Shown: piece by piece, positions 61,001-64,000 of the stretch | Layout: every line of letters starts with the position of its first letter | Numbering within the stretch: the first letter of the stretch is position 1 | NCBI RefSeq assembly: GCF_009914755.1 | Contig: NC_060928.1 | Direction: 5' to 3' (one strand) | DNA: 64,000 nt | Origin: the human T2T-CHM13v2.0 reference genome, Homo sapiens | Notes under the pieces: model-generated | Databases searched by the model: none | What the model saw: the letters and a program-made list of their open reading frames with translations, nothing else | Told to the model about the DNA's origin: nothing | Program-made: the position numbers and the translations under genes

Positions 61001-64000
61001 CCATCATACTTCCTAACGCCCCACACACGACATTACCCACCCATAACCATCATACTTCCTAACGCTGTGCACACGACATTACCCACCCATAACCATCATA
61101 CTTCCTAACGCTGCACACACAACATTACCCACCCATAACCATCATACTTCCTAACGCCCCACACACGACATTACCCACCCATAACCATCATACTTCCTAA
61201 CGCTGCACACACGACATTACCCACCCATAACCATCATACTTCCTAACGCCCCACACACGACATTACCCACCCATAACCATCATACTTCCTAACGCCCCAC
61301 ACACGACATTACCCACCCATAAGTATCATACTTCCTAACGCTGTGCACACGACATTACCCACCCATAACCATCATACTTCCTAACGCTGCACACACGACA
61401 TTACCCACCCATAACCATCATACTTCCTAACGCCCCACACACGACATTACCCACCCATAACCATCATACTTCCTAACGCCCCACACACGACATTACCCGC
61501 CCATAACCATCATACTTCCTAACGCCCCACACACGACATTACCCACTCATAACCATCATACTTCCTAACGCCATGCACACATGGCATTACCCACCCATAA
61601 CCATCATACTTCCTAACGCCGCACACACAACATTACCCACCCATAACCACCATACTTCCTAACGCCCCACACACGACATTACCCACTCATAAGTATCATA
61701 CTTCCTAACGCTGTGCACACGACATTACCCACTCATAACCATCATACTTCCTATCGCCCCACACACGACATTACCCACCCATAACCATCATACTTCCTAA
61801 CGCCCCACACACGACATTACCCACCCATAACCATCATACTTCCTAACGCCCCACACACGACATTACCCACCCATAACCACCGTACTTCCTAACGCCCCAC
61901 ACATGACATTACCCACCAATAACCATCATACTTCCTAACGCCCCACACACAACATTACCCACCCATAACCATCATACTTCCTAACACCCCACACACGACA
62001 TTACCCACCCATAACCATCATACTTCTTAACGCCCCACACACGACATTACCCACCCATAACCATCATACTTCCTAACACCCCACACACAACATTACCCAC
62101 CCATAACCATCATACTTCCTAACGCCCCACACACGACATTACCCACCCATAACCATCATACTTCCTAACGCCCCACACACAACATTACCCACCCATAACC
62201 ATCATACTTCCTAACACCCCACACACGACATTACCCACCCATAACCATCATACTTCCTAACGCCCCACACACGACATTACCCACCCATAACCATCATACT
62301 TCCTAACGCCCCACACACGACATTACCCACCCATAACCATCATACTTCCTAACGCCCCACACACGACATTACCCACCCATAACCATCATACTTCCTAACG
62401 CCCCACACACGACATTACCCACCCATAACCATCATACTTCCTAACGCCCCACACACGACATTACCCACCCATAACCATCATACTTCCTAACGCCCCACAC
62501 ACGACATTACCCACCCATAACCATCATACTTCCTAACGCCGCACACACGACATTACCCACCCATAACCACCGTACTTCCTAACGCCCCACACACGACATT
62601 ACCCACCCATAACCATCATACTTCCTAACGCCGCACACACGGCATTACCCACCCATAACCATCATACTTCCTAACGCCCCACACACGGCATTACCCACTC
62701 ATAACCATCATACTTCCTAACACCCCACACACGACATTACCCACCCATAACCATCATACTTCCTAACGCTGCACACACGGCATTACCCACTCATAACCAT
62801 CATACTTCCTAACGCCCCACACACGGCATTACCCACTCATAACCATCATACTTCCTAACGCCCCACACACGACATTACCCACCCATAACCATCATACTAC
62901 CTAACGCCCCACACACGACATTACCCACCCATAACCATCATACTTCCTAACGCCCCACACACGACATTACCCACTCATAACCATCATACTTCCTAACGCC
63001 CCACACACGACATTACCCACCCATAACCATCATACTTCCTAACGCCCCACACACGACATTACCCACCCATAACCATCATACTACCTAACGCCGCACACAC
63101 GACATTACCCACCCATAACCATCATACTTCCTAACGCCCCACACACGACATTACCCACCCATAAGTATCATACTTCCTAACGCTGTGCACACGACATTAC
63201 CCACCCATAACCATCATACTTCCTAACGCCCCACACACGACATTACCCACCCATAACCATCATACTTCCTAACGCCCCACACACGACATTACCCACCCAT
63301 AACCATCATACTTCCTAACGCCCCACACACGACATTACCCACTCATAACCATCATACTTCCTAACGCCCCACACACGACATTACCCACCCATAACCATCA
63401 TACTTCCTAACTCCGCACACACGACATTACCCACTCATAACCATCATACTTCCTAACGCTGTGCACACATGGCATTACCCACCCATAACCATCATACTTC
63501 CTAATGCCGCACACATGACATTACCCACTCATAACCATCATACTTCCTAACGCCCCACACACGGCATTACCCACCCATAACCATCATACTTCCTAACGCC
63601 CCACACACGACATTACCCACCCATAACCATCATACTTCCTAACGCCCCACAGACGGCATTACCCACCCATAACCATCATACTTCCTAACGCCATGCACAC
63701 ATGGCATTACCCACCTATAACCACCGTACTTCCTAACGATATGAACATATGGCATTACCCACCCATAACCATCATACTTCCTAACGCCGTGCACATATGG
63801 CATTACCCACCCATAACCACCGTACTTCCTAACGATGTGAACACATGGCATTACCCACCCATAACCATCATACTTCCTAACGCCGCACACACGACATTAC
63901 CCACCCATAACCATCATACTTCCTAACGCCGTGCACACATGGCATTACCCACCCATAACCACCGTACTTCTTAACGATGTGAACACATGGCATTACCCAC
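52058..64000. repeat. Giant 46-bp minisatellite, ~260 units, extends beyond the window (consensus cattacccacccataaccatcatacttcctaacgccccacacacga)
   Basis: catcatac recurs at 52261, 52307, ... with period 46 across ~11.9 kb; a limited set of recurrent variants. Confidence 0.99.

Noticed and set aside
63639-63926. ORFs with 16-aa repeats (VRKYDGYGWVMP...)
   Set aside because: By-product of 48-bp in-frame units; the 46-bp units put stops in all frames; no gene context.
52058-64000. CRISPR-like array
   Set aside because: Units are contiguous with no unique spacers, there are no cas genes, and the context is primate genomic DNA.
52058-64000. Interstitial telomere or known centromeric satellite
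   Set aside because: No tandem TTAGGG; the unit does not resemble alpha, beta, HSAT or CER consensus as I recall them (not database-verified).

Overview
Primate (human-like) non-coding genomic DNA, dominated by interspersed repeats. No host protein-coding exon, RNA gene or CRISPR array can be supported. Contents: a full-length but inactivated L1PB-type LINE-1 with target-site duplications (TSDs) (839-7343); two 5'-truncated L1s; about 15 Alus; MaLR/ERV LTRs; DNA-transposon fossils; and L2/MIR remnants. The most distinctive features are tandem arrays. (i) A giant 46-bp minisatellite of at least 11.9 kb (about 260 units) runs off the right edge. It has extreme strand asymmetry, CpG enrichment, a readable variant-repeat code with long-range duplications, and 48-bp units at its edges. 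(ii) A 24/25-bp VNTR has expanded inside the U3 of a solo LTR. (iii) A 38-bp VNTR appears to derive from the C-terminal coding motif of a Tc2/pogo-like transposase fossil. Repeat subfamily names come from recall of consensus sequences rather than a database search, and boundaries of old repeats are approximate. I see no convincing evidence of a novel gene system; the best leads are these repeat arrays.
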